The notes: generated by a model not told the origin, from the letters alone. Positions 1 through 13,645 are shown, counted from the first letter of the stretch. The stretch is 64,000 nt of DNA from Octopus sinensis (GCF_006345805.1 NC_043015.1:21328001-21392000), one strand, 5' to 3'. Numbers and translations: made by a program.

Positions 1-532
1 ATGTTTAAAGTCAAACAAATGACAAGCAAATCTTTGGTATTGAGCAGAGTATTTGCTGTAGCCAATCTTTTATACTAAGACAAAACAATGTACATGATAA
101 TACTTCCAATCAGTTAAAATGAGAAGCTATGAAAGTTACTGCATCAGGGCATTTATTATTATTATTTTCTCCAGTCTGGTCAAACTCTCGCCAATTCCTT
201 CAAATACCACTTGAAGATAATTTGAGGATATAGAAGGAGGTACTGCCTTTCAGTGTGTTTATTAAAAGGTGGCCGCGATTGGCAAGCCTGGTGAGACTGA
301 ATGGATCTACTCTGAATATGCATTTCTAAGCTGGAGGAAAGAAACTGGAAGAGGTCACTTTCGCATGTCTTGAGGATGGCAGAGTAGTTCGGGGCTTTTG
401 CATGGAGTTTACCAAGAATTACTCTAACTGGGCTATACCGGCACTAGGGATTCTATTTATTTATTTATTTCGTTATTTCTTTATTTCTCTAACTTCTATT
501 TCTTTATCTTCTGTTACCTTCTTCACACACAC

Positions 533-1081
533 AGAGGCGTAGATGACTAAGAGAAAGGATAGTGCATTGGCGACGCCACTATTGGACAGCTGAAGAACGT
601 GCTCACATCTAGTGTATCCCTTTGATATGTGTGCTGCATCTCTTTCTTTGATATTGTCCTCCATGCTTTAGGCCCTTGTGGCCAATAACAAAGTTATCTT
701 TTTCCTCATTCAGTATTGCTGTTGTTGTTGTTTTGTTGTTGCTATTATTTACTCTGTGGTAAATATATTACAGCAGAGTGCTTGATAATTATTAGCTAAT
801 TAATGAATGATGCGTTGATTGTTTGAGTAAGAAGCAGTACACTTGTTACTCCTTTTTAGCACTCAGGCAGACACTATTATAGTCTGAACTGGAAAACCGC
901 AACCACTTTTGATGTAACACGCACATTCCCTCACACACACACACACACACACATACATAGACAGACAGACCGACACGCACACACACACACACACACACAC
1001 AGAGAGGCGTAGATGAGTAAGAGAAAGGATAGTGCATGGGCGACGCCACTATTGGACTGCTGAAGCACGTGCTCACATCTA
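533..1081. repeat. Two dispersed copies of a ~79-bp unique-sequence module (533-611 and 1003-1081)
   Basis: agaggcgtagatga(c/g)taagagaaaggatagtgcat(t/g)ggcgacgccactattggac(a/t)gctgaag(a/c)acgtgctcacatcta occurs twice with 4 substitutions, each time just after a (CA)n tract. Confidence 0.9.
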
Positions 1082-1492
1082 TCGTCTTGACTCCAGAGGA
1101 AATAAACCTTGTAGTTAAGGGCATGTTAATCCATGTTAATTGATGAGAATGTTTGCTTCCTTTAGATTCTCAGTATCTCAGTCAAGATCGGAATCAATCA
1201 CCGTCAGGCTTTTGTTTAATTGATCATGAAACGGAGATATCTTCCATGAATCAATAATTTTATCTCTTATGTCATTCAGAATATCTTTGTCTGTGTTCAC
1301 TTGAATCTTGCTTCTAGCCAGTCTGTGTTATTCCTCTTAGTTCAGTTTCGTTTCGCATACATCCGCATATGCATACACACATATGTATATGTAAATGTAT
1401 GCATGTATGTACATACGTACGTATATACATGTATACTGCATACCTATGTGTATATGTATAAACATACATATACATATATATGTATGCATGTG

Positions 1493-1535
<43 letters not shown>

Positions 1536-1538
<3 letters not shown>

Positions 1539-3793
1539 CATTTGGAGATATATATATATATCGATTCATACAATCGTGTGGCTAACAGAGAAAGCTCCTC
1601 AAGCAGAGTCGGCTAGCAGACGACATACTAATTCAATTCATAAAAGTATCATGCAGAGCTCTATGCTGCTGACATCAAGAGCTTATAAACCATAAAAGGT
1701 TAGGAAGTATGAGAGGTGAATACATCTGTTTAACCACTTATCATCTTTAGGCTAGCGATGGTTTCGCAGCCTTTACCATGTAATAATAATTTCACTGTAT
1801 AATAAATTATGTTTGTAGGTCTGCATTGTACGCATTATAGATTACAATTGATTATTTACAAATCTGTGCAGGGAAAGAAAGGTAATCCCCGGATGAACAG
1901 AACACCATTGTTACACCAATGCTTCAACTTCAAGTATACAGGCAATGTTTTTCTTTACGGATGGAATGTAAGGATGACCGAAACTAAAAAATATATAAAA
2001 ATAGGTATGAGAAACTGAGAACAATTTAATGCTCGTCTTGAGGCTTCTTGAGAGGAAGAAAATTCATATTATGAACGCTTAGAGGACGCAAATCTCCCGA
2101 TTGTGGGTATTTTGATCTGGACTGGTTGAACAAGTGTCCAAATTTAGAGAGTTATGTATGATGGTAATGTCGAACAAAAGTAAAACACATTTCGGATGGC
2201 AAAGAGCGTATTTTGAGCCACTCGCCAACAGGAATAGCTGGCAATAAGGTTTCTTTAATTGAGCTATTCCCACCTTACATAAGATGCCATCAAATTTTTC
2301 TGAACTTTTTGCTTCATTTCTGGCAAGTATAGAATTAAGTAGAAATATATCAATTACATTCCCGCACTTAAACGCACACTTGCGCGAGTGCACGTGCGCA
2401 CACACACGTTTACAACACGCACACATACACATTCCCAGACATGCACACGCCTATATGCAAGTATTTATATGCATATATATATATATGCATATATTTATAT
2501 ACATACATATATATGCAAACATATATATATATATACTTTTATAAATATGTTTATCACTCTACGTACATACATACACACATATACACACATATATACATAT
2601 GTGTGTGCGTATATACAAATATATATATATACGTATATATATAATTAGATACATACATGTATATATATATATATATATATTTACATTTGGAGATATATAT
2701 ATATATCGATTCATACAATCGTGTGGCTAACAGAGAAAGCTCCTCAAGCAGAGTCGGCTAGCAGACGACATACTAATTCAATTCATAAAAGTATCATGCA
2801 GAGCTCTATGCTGCTGACATCAAGAGCTTATAAACCATAAAAGGTTAGGAAGTATGAGAGGTGAATACATCTGTTTAACCACTTATCATCTTTAGGCTAG
2901 CGATGGTTTCGCAGCCTTTACCATGTAATAATAATTTCACTGTATAATAAATTATGTTTGTAGGTCTGCATTGTACGCATTATAGATTACAATTGATTAT
3001 TTACAAATCTGTGCAGGGAAAGAAAGGTAATCCCCGGATGAACAGAACACCATTGTTACACCATGCTTCAACTTCAAGTATACAGGCAATGTTTTTCTTT
3101 ACGGATGGAATGTAAGGATGACCGAAACTAAAAAATATATAAAAATAGGTATGAGAAACTGAGAACAATTTAATGCTCGTCTTGAGGCTTCTTGAGAGGA
3201 AGAAAATTCATATTATGAACGCTTAGAGGACGCAAATCTCCCGATTGTGGGTATTTTGATCTGGACTGGTTGAACAAGTGTCCAAATTTAGAGAGTTATG
3301 TATGATGGTAATGTCGAACAAAAGTAAAACACATTTCGGATGGCAAAGAGCGTATTTTGAGCCACTCGCCAACAGGAATAGCTGGCAATAAGGTTTCTTT
3401 AATTGAGCTATTCCCACCTTACATAAGATGCCATCAAATTTTTCTGAACTTTTTGCTTCATTTCTGGCAAGTATAGAATTAAGTAGAAATATATCAATTA
3501 CATTCCCGCACTTAAACGCACACTTGCGCGAGTGCACGTGCGCACACACACGTTTACAACACGCACACATACACATTCCCAGACATGCACACGCCTATAT
3601 GCAAGTATTTATATGCATATATATATATATGCATATATTTATATACATACATATATATGCAAACATATATATATATATACTTTTATAAATATGTTTATCA
3701 CTCTACGTACATACATACACACATATACACACATATATACATATGTGTGTGCGTATATACAAATATATATATATACGTTATATATAATTAGAT

Positions 3794-3825
<32 letters not shown>
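1536..3825. repeat. Near-perfect tandem duplication, period ~1144-1145 bp (1536-2680; 2681-~3825)
   Basis: Identical ORF translations at 2079/3223 and 2284/3428; both units start ttacatttggagat; junctions lie in (TA)n. Confidence 0.95.
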
Positions 3826-3845
<20 letters not shown>

Positions 3846-3865
3846 TATATATATATATATATATA

Positions 3866-4331
3866 ATGTAAAGTATAGAAGCCATCTTGATATGGCTAAC
3901 CACAAAGGGGAGGGGGTGTTACTGTAGCTTGCGAGAAAGGGATGACCTCCCTTTGCAAATACTTCAAGGGCACTGAAATAGTGTCTAAAGCTAGCTGGAG
4001 ACGATGATCTCCTGGGGCTATAAAGTCAGTTTTTCGAAATCAGTGGCAGACGTCACTAGAAAAACTCTTACATATTTGCAAAGCAGCCTTGTCTTTCATC
4101 TCGACCTGGTGGTTACCACCCGTTGATAAGAGACAATAATCTCGAAACTAGTTCGTGCGTATCACTCAGGCTTGCGAGAAAGGTATGACCTCCCTTTGCA
4201 AATACTTCAAGGGCACTGAAATGGTGTCTAAAGCCAGCTAGAGACGATGATCTCCTGGGGCTATAAAGCTACAGTAACACCCCCCCCCCCTTTGTGGTTA
4301 GCCATATTAAGATGGCTTCTATACTTTACAT
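3866..4331. mobile_element. MITE/foldback element with ~64-bp TIRs and internal 99-bp direct repeats
   Basis: Left end atgtaaagtatagaagccatcttgatatggctaaccacaaagggg...gtgttactgtagct is the reverse complement of the right end agctacagtaacac...ctttgtggttagccatattaagatggcttctatactttacat. Both ends are flanked by TA. Direct repeats at 3927-4025 and 4170-4268. Confidence 0.85.
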
Positions 4332-4374
4332 TATCGAGCGATTACTGTTTACATCTCATTCTGAGATTTAATAA

Positions 4375-4475
<101 letters not shown>

Positions 4476-5063
4476 GCTATATGCATCTATCGGTACGCAT
4501 ATGCTGCATGTATGCGTGTGTTCTTGGTATCGTTTATGATGTGTTTGGCGTGTATCTTAATCTTCGATTCAACGGAATCCCAACAAGAGTTTTTGACATG
4601 AAACAGATAATCATAAAACGGCAAGAACAAGAATAAAAGACAAAAGAAACTGACAAATAACAGTCTATTACCCAAGGAAAAGATTCGCCAAGGTAAAAAA
4701 CGGAAAATCCTCTAATCTTCGTATCAATGGAATTATTCCTTCAGATTTCAACGCCATTTCTCTGTACAATTTTTCATTTGTATTTCATGGAAATTTATAC
4801 CGACGTTAGTCTAGTTTCGACAAACCACAAAGAATGTAGCCACACGCATGCACACATACACACGCACAAACAAGCCGATACAGACCATACAGACAAACAT
4901 ACACTCACACATGAGCAACAAAACAAACACAAACGAACAGAAGCAAGTAAAGTTTGACACACACATGCACGCAAACACGCACACACGCACAGGAAAACGT
5001 GAGAAGAAAGATACATGAGCACACACACAGTTGAACACAAGACACATGCACACTCCTGCGCGT

Positions 5064-5136
<73 letters not shown>

Positions 5137-5531
5137 TATACATAAAAACTGAGAGAAATATCTATATATGTATACGCGGGAATATGTAATTATATATACA
5201 ACCATTTATACACGTCTATATAAGTATATACACATTTAAAAGTGATTGCTTTATCAGAACGAAGCATCATTTTATATCTTATTGAAATCTAAAGAAGTCG
5301 CCATAAGGAAAAGACTTTCAAAGATTGTACATTAGCATTATCATTTTTTCTTTGTAAATATGTAAGTATATATATCCATACAAGTTCAATGCGGTCGTGT
5401 ATATATGTACGTATATACATATATACACACACACATACACACACACAGATATATATATATACCTCAGTACGTATATGTATATATGTACGTATACATGCAT
5501 GCATACATACATACATACACACACACACATT

Positions 5532-5573
<42 letters not shown>

Positions 5574-5607
5574 CAAATATCTGTATAGATATGCGTTCAT
5601 ATATCCT

Positions 5608-5674
<67 letters not shown>

Positions 5675-5684
5675 TATATTCTCT

Positions 5685-5715
<31 letters not shown>

Positions 5716-5884
5716 TATACATATGCACATATATATAACATATCTTTTTACATGAATATGTACACACACATTCATACAGACATATACCTCAGTACGTATA
5801 TGTATATATGCATACATACATGCAAACATACACACATATACATATATATATATTCAAATATCTGTATATATACGTTCATATATA

Positions 5885-5961
<77 letters not shown>

Positions 5962-6363
5962 ATATGCACATATATATAACACATCTTTTTACATGAATAT
6001 GTACACACACATTCATACAAACATACATACACTCATATATGTATATGTTTATATCTATATTTGTATACGTGTGTATGCATATACTTATATACATTAACAA
6101 GTGTTCGATTTTTATTTTGTAATTTCTTCATAGATTTTTCATTAACGGTAATATATGTATTATTATTATTGTTATTGTTATTTTTGTCGTTGTTGCTATT
6201 CTTATTGTTTTAATGTTATTGACTTTAATAATCGTGAAGACAAATAGTGGTTGCACAAGTTGTTTATTAATCCGAAACCAAGATGGAACACACAGTATAA
6301 GATGTTAACATACATACACACACAAATATTTACATATGTATCAATATATTTGTATGTGTATAT

Positions 6364-6396
<33 letters not shown>

Positions 6397-6505
6397 TATA
6401 CACATACATACATATATATAAATATATATATATATGTATGCATACATTCACACACACACATATATATGTGTATCTGTATATGCAGATATGTATATATACA
6501 TACAC

Positions 6506-6554
<49 letters not shown>

Positions 6555-7579
6555 CATACATACGTACATGCGTGTATATATATATATGTATGTATATATG
6601 TATGTACGTATGTATGTAGTTACTCACGCACTCATACACACAAAAAATTGAAGAGATAAAAAACAAAATGTCTGCTTGCCCCTTAAGCAATAAGACGTTC
6701 TAACAATCAAGACTTTCAATGGTATATGACAATTAAACTATATTTTAATATATTTTTTTTTATATATTTTCTATATTTTTGTAACAAATACATTATTTAT
6801 ATATTCATTTTCCCTTGTTGTCATTTTGTTTTTGTAGTGTTGTCGATGTTATGGTATTTGTGTGTGTTGTGTCGTTTGAATAATGTTTTATATATATATA
6901 TATATTTGTTACTTCATAAATTTTCAACATACGTTGCGTGGATTTTAATTAATAAGGTTGCAATCATAATTAAAATACGACTATCTTTTCAGAAAGTATG
7001 AAAAGAAAACAAGAAAGAAAAGACGTAATGTGTATGGGTGGAAGAGAGTAAGGAAGAGAGTGAAAAGGAGTGTGAAAAACAGTATGAAGGAAAAGTGATT
7101 AAGAGTAAAAGAGGAGTAATGAAAATATAGAAAGATAGGGAGAAAAAGTGTAAGAGAGAGCAGGAATGTAAAACAGTGGAAACGGAATATAGAAGAAAGA
7201 GAGGGAAACAAAGAGAAAAATAATCTCTTTTTGTTGTAGTTTATATGTTTAGGTTTAATTTAATTTTTCATGTTATACTTGCTTGTATTTTATTGTTGTT
7301 GCAGTTGTTTTTCTCTTGTTATGCTTAATGTTATATTCACCGTTTTTTTAAATAAAAGAGAAGAATAAATGTTAAAATGTTTTCATTACGAAATTATATA
7401 GTTTGGTATTTTTGATGTTCATTCTTGTTCTCACTCGATATATTTCTTGACGTCAATGACAGGATTTTGTGCGAATATGGTAGGTGGATTGGTAGAATGT
7501 GTATAGCATCGGGATAAATTTTCTCTTGTGGTATTTGATTATGACGTTCTCTGATTTGATTTCTAATCATGCCAATGTT

Positions 7580-10500
7580 AATTTTAATTTTATCTTTGGA
7601 ACTTCCTCGGGTCTAGATGTCTTGCAAACAACTTACACATGCAAGTGCTACCAGTCGAGAATTCCGCATACCGGAAGCCAGCTAGTATATGGGGTCATCA
7701 GGAGAGAATGCACGCCGTTTCGGGGCCTACCTCTCGATGGCATCAATGCGCACCGGCCCCCCTCACTGATATGAGGCCCCGCTTGCTAGATCAACTGGTT
7801 ATCAACTAAAGCTCACTATTTCTCTAGCCATTGCTCATCGTCTCTTTTTAACCAAATCCAGTGGCTAGCCCTCTCCACTGTAGTTTGGATATCGGTCATG
7901 GTGGTATTGACTTTATGATGATTTAGGCCTAACGATAACAACAGTAGTCTCACACTGTGTCCAACAAACCCTCTACATCCAACTTCGATTAGAAAATGCT
8001 ACGCTTTCCAGCCCACGTCTTCACATTCCTCGATGAAGTTTACGTAACGGTCAATCTTTCGAGCCCGAGAGGAGTCCATGTTATCTTCATCAGGAACCGT
8101 TAACTCGACTAGATTTACAGCATTCCTTTTTTCACACCACATCAAAATGTCCGTTTTTTTTCGTAACTGGGATAGGAAAGAATCCCTGGCACCTTGGTAA
8201 ATCTGCAGTCACCTCCCAATAGCCGTTCCACTTTTCATCCCTCACAGGAAGTTTCTTGTTCTTCTTCTTGAAACGGATCCGCTGACCTGGGCGCACAAAT
8301 GTGATGAAATCTGTAGTTGGTACTTTCAACGGTTTTTTCTCAGTGTTGTTGAGATGAATTTGGTTCTTTATAGCATTGGATATAACCTTAAGGACCAGGT
8401 TATATGAACAGTTGGAATGAATATGTTTCAGTGTTACGACCCGTCCGCATTTGCATATGCCATTTTCTGAGACGTTCCATTTACTAGATTCGTACGTATG
8501 GCAAAACATCATAGGATGAACGAATCAGAAAACGTAACCGAGATGTCATGCACTCCCACATCTCATCTCAACTTATTTTCCTCTTAACAACATGTTCTTC
8601 CCATCTCACCATCTGTCTTTGTTGAATACATCGGATTAAATGAACCTCTCTTCTTTCTGGTTCTCTCGTTTTGACGCTGTTGCTAACAATAGGCCTGCGT
8701 TCGCTCCGCATGATACTCGCAAACAGTTTGAACTGATCTGCTCCAAAACCAAGTCCTTTGCGATGGTTTTGCGTTGCACCCGCCATATCTCTGTGAATAA
8801 GAGAAGACAGGGTGCCCTCAGTCTCTGCTTCAGTTTCCACTTCTTGGCTGTTTTCACATCTGGTGGGTTACGCCTGATTTCCATGTCCTTCGATTCTCTC
8901 AGCATCATCACCGTCCGTATCTTCCCCAGTTTATATATTTCGACTATTGATGCTAGTGGTAGCTGCAACGAACCTCTTTTACGGTAAAGAGCTGAACTGT
9001 TCAACATCCGAGGTTGGCCTAGACACTTTCTAATGAACACATTACATTTTTGTTCAATGATCTAAACTCGTGATAATGCTACCTCGTATATTAAAAGTGG
9101 CCACGAAAGTCGCGGGTACAAGCCGAACTGCAAGCACCAAATATTATAGTTATGAATTGCTGATAATCCAGCTTCGGCTTGTTTCATAATTTCCATCCCG
9201 TGACTTCTGTCTGACAATGTTCCAGCGTATACTCGCCCCAAGCTCTTGACGGGTTCTTCTTTGACTGTTGGAATGCTTTCTTCAGCTATTTGAAACTTAA
9301 ATTCTTTCTGCACTCCCTTAACAAATGTTTTCCTTCTAAACCTCATCCTTGACCCCTCACAAGTTCTTCTAGTCTCAAGAGGGCATTCTGCAGGATTTGT
9401 TTATCTGTAGCTAGAAGTGTCACGTCATCCATGAAGACTTTCTTAGGCGATTGTACATGGGTGATTTGTTCCGAAAAAACTACAGCTTTCAAAATCATCT
9501 CCATGACTAAGATAAACCACGTGACAGATATTGTAAAGGCAGCAGTAATGCCAATCTCCAATCGGCGCCAATCTGTTGTAAAATATCCAGCTGTAAACCT
9601 AATTTCGAAATTGTCATAGTACATCCTCATTATTTTGATCACTTTATCTGGAATGTGGAAGAGGTCCATGGCTCTTATCAGTAATTCGTGTGGCACTGAA
9701 CCATATGCATTAGCTAGGTCAAGCCATACTAGGTTCAGACATCTCTTATTCTCTTCGGCATCCTGGATCGCTTTCCGAATCAAAAAACAGTGTTCAACAC
9801 ATCCAGGGATTCCGGCCTTTGAACAGAATCATCAACATATCCGTTATTCTGTAAACATGCCACTGTTCTCCTCGAAAGAATTCCCATAACGATCTTGCCT
9901 TCCACATTCAATAAGGATATCGGCCAAAACTGTTTTATGGTCTTTGCATTGGCCTCCTTCGGCAGGTATATACCTTACACCAATCATCTACTATAGTCTC
10001 CTCGCGCCACAGCTGTCGGAGTAGGAGGAAAAGCTTCTTTTGCAGACGATTGCAATATTTATAAACTTTATATGAGACGCCATCACATTCTAGGGCACTC
10101 GTTGCTCTAGCTTTTCTAACGAAATCATTTACCTCTCTCTCCCTGATGTTCCCAATCTGGAATTCGATATCAGGTTCTGAGAGATGATTTAGCCCTTGTG
10201 GAGGTGGTAGTGGCTGGTTACGGTGCGGATCGCTGTAGCTTTCCTTGATATGAGCATCAAATTCTTCTTTCGTGGACGATAAAGAACCACTCTTCGGTAC
10301 AGTAAACAGCTTCTTAGTAAACCCGTACGGGTCCTTCAGAAATTGCCCCTGGGTTCTTTTACTCTCCTTTCGACGCTCGTATATGCGGATAGGTTGTTGC
10401 ACATAACAATATTTCCTTTTCAAATCTTTATACAACAGCGCGAGGCCAGGTGTTTCATCTTTTGTAGCACATTTCTATCGCTTTCTTAGGCTGGTCTTTT

Positions 10501-11080
10501 CCTTCCTCAACTGTTTCATTTTCTTGATCCTCCTGCTTGGCCCACAGTTTCCTTTCGCTAATCGGATATTATCTTTCACTCTAAACAATTCCTTTCTTGT
10601 ATCGTAAATTGAGCTTGTTAATTTTCCCAGTTTCTCAAATGTAGGGCCTATCATTTTATAAAGATCTCGGCATACCTTGTTTTCACACTCTTTATATTTC
10701 TCTTTTTCATAAACAGAAGGCCACAAAACCCTCGGTTTCCTCCGAGTACTATCTGATGCACCAGTTTCATGACTTGCATTTATCGATCCTCTGTGGTTTG
10801 AGTCCGGAATTGATTTGCCACGTGTTTTACGATCAGATGATCCATACTGTTCTGTATTCTTCTCACAAGTCTTTCCCTGATGTATCTTCAAGCCTCTCAC
10901 AGTTGCAAAGGTTCTACATCAAAGGTTCTTTTTTTGCAACATTCAGATTAAAATCACTTTGCTTTTTGCCTATGTGTAAGATATTGATGGTACTACTTGA
11001 GGATATAGCATTGAAAGACATAGCTAAAAGTATTTGGAATAAAGTTTCTTGCCTTTCTAATTTCCAGTGCCTCCAAGGTC
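7580..11080 (-). mobile_element. Decayed non-LTR retrotransposon of the RLE class, HERO-like
   Basis: Domain order: N-terminal zinc-finger-like CRTFATVRGLKIHQGKTC; QFLKDPYGFTKKLF; RT motifs WLDLANAYGSVPH and FMDD; CKCGRVVTLKHIHSNC knuckle; RLE TDILMW...LVELTVP...EVGCRGFVG...ERASHWIWLKR with stop at 7816-7818; short 3' UTR. The 5' end is approximate. Confidence 0.9.
7816..10925 (-). pseudogene. Disrupted RT + restriction-like endonuclease ORF of the HERO-like element
   Basis: ORF pieces 10475-10900, 9935-10435, 9343-9783, 9062-9346, 8636-9040, 8568-8840, 8132-8512 plus a manually translated C-terminus. Multiple frameshifts and an in-frame TAG near 8000. Confidence 0.9.
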
Positions 11081-11122
11081 AACTTTACGTTTTAGGCATT
11101 AATAAAATATAGAAGCAGTTAA

Positions 11123-11277
11123 TACAGTTCTATATTTAAGAGATGAAGGATTATGTACACTATTTATATTATTTCCATTTGACGGATACTTGTCGTCATC
11201 TTTTAACACAACGTTTCAGCTGATATACCCTCCAGCCTTCTTCAAGTATCTTGGGGAAATTTCGAACCTGGGTTCTC
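11123..11277 (-). mobile_element. 5'-truncated copy of the hammerhead-bearing repeat also seen at 62.7-62.9 kb
   Basis: The reverse complement reads gagaacccaggttcgaaatttccccaagatacTTGAAGAaggctggagggtatatcagctGAAACGTTgtgtt...gacaagtatccgtcaaatg, homologous to 62773-62900. Confidence 0.85.
11205..11250 (-). ncRNA. Minimal type I hammerhead-ribozyme-like motif (C3U variant)
   Basis: gatac/gtgtt stem I, (U)UGAAGA core, GGCUG/CAGCU stem II, GAAA, self-complementary ACGU stem III, GUU triplet. Confidence 0.6.
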
Positions 11278-12701
11278 AAATGTTGTGTTAACAACAAACA
11301 AGATAAAGACAAATATCCGTAAAATGTAAATAATGTAAATAATGAAGAAGCAATTAGATTTCAAAATTAGTAGACGTTGAACGAAATATACAGCAGTGAT
11401 TAACGTCCCTTCCGTACTCAGAATGAATGTCGCCATGGTCAAATTTGTCTTTCCTCATTCGTTAGATTAATGTGACGTCACGGAAATCGTTTGATTTATA
11501 AAAGCGTTGGAAAAAATGGCTTCCGGTATTTCAAATGTAATTAATCTTCTTTCTGATTTTGAATGTTAACAATGTCAATTTTATTTTCCATATGTGGCCG
11601 AGATCGACGAAATAGGATGCACCAGACAAGAAATAAGCTGAGGGTGATCTTAAGGGGCCTAAACTTTTCTCATAAATTTGAAGACGGCTTTCGTAGATAG
11701 TAATAAACAAAAATGTTATAGAATCGATATGGTTATCGGATTGTTGATCGTAGGAATTACTTCACAGTTCTATACCCGCTGCAAATCAATATGTATTCAT
11801 GAGGACTAGCGTTGGTACAAGGTTGAAAAATTAAAACTGGATTCCTTACCTCAGGAAAATGAATTTATTAAACTGATGAACAACAGCACCATTACTTACA
11901 AATTTCCAACAGATGATTCACTGGTCTACATCTTACATTTTTTGCACTGCATATAGCCATCGTCGAAACATATAGACAGACATAAAGACATACATACAGT
12001 CTCGAACGCATGTATAGCTACCAATCTCTGCTTTTCCCTTCGTCCGTTTCTCTAAACACAGAACTATCTAAGTGTGTACGCATGTGTGCATGTGTGCAAG
12101 TATATGCACATTTACAAACAAACATTTATAAAATCATTATATACGATTGTATCTTACATGAGTCAGTTGAATGCTACTTCTAGTATGTGAAGCGAGTTTA
12201 TTCTGATAAATTACCCCAAAATACATGGAGAATAATATTCTGGGTGTATGTTTTCGTGTGCATGTTTCAGGTTTAAGCCTAAAATTGAGTCTGATTATAT
12301 GAGAAATATATTCTCTCAAATGCCTCCAACCACCACTTTCGAATCTTGTTTTCAGGAATTATCTATCGCAGTGCAATACCTTATTGTTTGCGTTCTTTCA
12401 CAAGATATTTGGGTGATTTGTGACGGAGATAGATTTGGCTGATAGTTTTAGATGGTCAAGAGTGTACATAGATTGACACGCAACCTCTTGTTGTTGCACA
12501 TCTCGAAATTTATGTGTTAATGGTCTTCCGTATCAATTTGTATCGGTTGCATCAGAGATAGAGAATAAGAAACTAAGATAATGAATACAAGAATTGATCG
12601 AAGAGAGAAAACCAGATGTGACTGCATCAGTAAAATTCATACTTCGAAGAATTTGTTAGCGAAGTAATGAGTGAGTGGAAGAAATATTACAGCGACAGTT
12701 T

Positions 12702-12848
12702 AGGCAGGCGTGGTTGCGTGGTAAGAAGCTTGCTTCTCAATCACATAGTTACGAGTTCAGTCTCACTTGCTACCTTGGGCGAGCGTCTTCCACTACTGTC
12801 TTGGGCTGACCAGCGGATTTCGTAGCCGGAAACTGAAAGAAGACCGTC

Positions 12849-12886
<38 letters not shown>

Positions 12887-13135
12887 GGGGGCGTGCGTGT
12901 GTGTGCGTGTGTATGTATGCGTGTGTGTATTTGTATGTGTGTGTAGTCTTGTCTTCCATCGCTTGTCAACCAGTGTTGATGTCTTTACATTCCTATAACT
13001 TTGCTGTCCATCAAACGATACAGATAGAATAAATACCTGCACTTAAAAGTATTGGACCGATTCATTCGACTAAAAACTTTTCTGAACGGTGCCCCATTAT
13101 GGCCTCAGACTACTAGCTGAAACAAATAACATAAA
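12702..13135 (+). mobile_element. Diverged tRNA-derived CORE-like SINE (family A)
   Basis: tRNA-like head, accttgggc core, ggaaactgaaagaagaccgtcgta(ta)n, ctgaaacaa tail; homologous to 13646-14080. Confidence 0.8.
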
Positions 13136-13645
13136 ATTAGTTGCGCATCGTTACTCTTGAGGGATCAAAGCACACCGAAGCAAATTTTGCCTTCCCCCTT
13201 CGCGCTTCCAGTGATATAAAATACCAAGCAAATACAGGCCCTGGTTTAATCCAGTCCTCGCATAACCTCTTTGAAGCTTTGCACCAATGTTTTAAACTTA
13301 GAAGACGAATGACTTTCTCATTTAAATTCCTACTAAAATTCAAGTTTTTATTTCGTTTATTTTCGCAGTCTAAACTATAAAATACCTGTCATATACTGGT
13401 GTTGCAAGTCAACTAAGGATCCATGCTCCACACCAATATATCTGCCTTTGTAAATTTATCAAAATCTTTATTTCTAGAACTTTTGTTGCATTGTTTATTT
13501 TGCGATTTATTCTGTGGTACAAATATTGAATAGGAAAACGTAGGAAATTCTACTTGGTAGATCAAGTTGCTAGAAATAGCAACTTCATCTCCTTCAACTC
13601 ACATAAAACTGTTTTTTTTTTAAAGCAGAATACATTGTGGGACAT

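Noticed and set aside
473-664. GPI-anchor-like hydrophobic C-terminus (SNSGVANALSFLLVIYAS)
   Set aside because: No supporting splice structure or upstream domain; runs into a CA tract.
7690-7726. GAAAC...CTGATGA on the minus strand of the HERO 3' UTR (type II hammerhead order)
   Set aside because: Stem II cannot form (cccc on both sides) and no convincing stem I or III.
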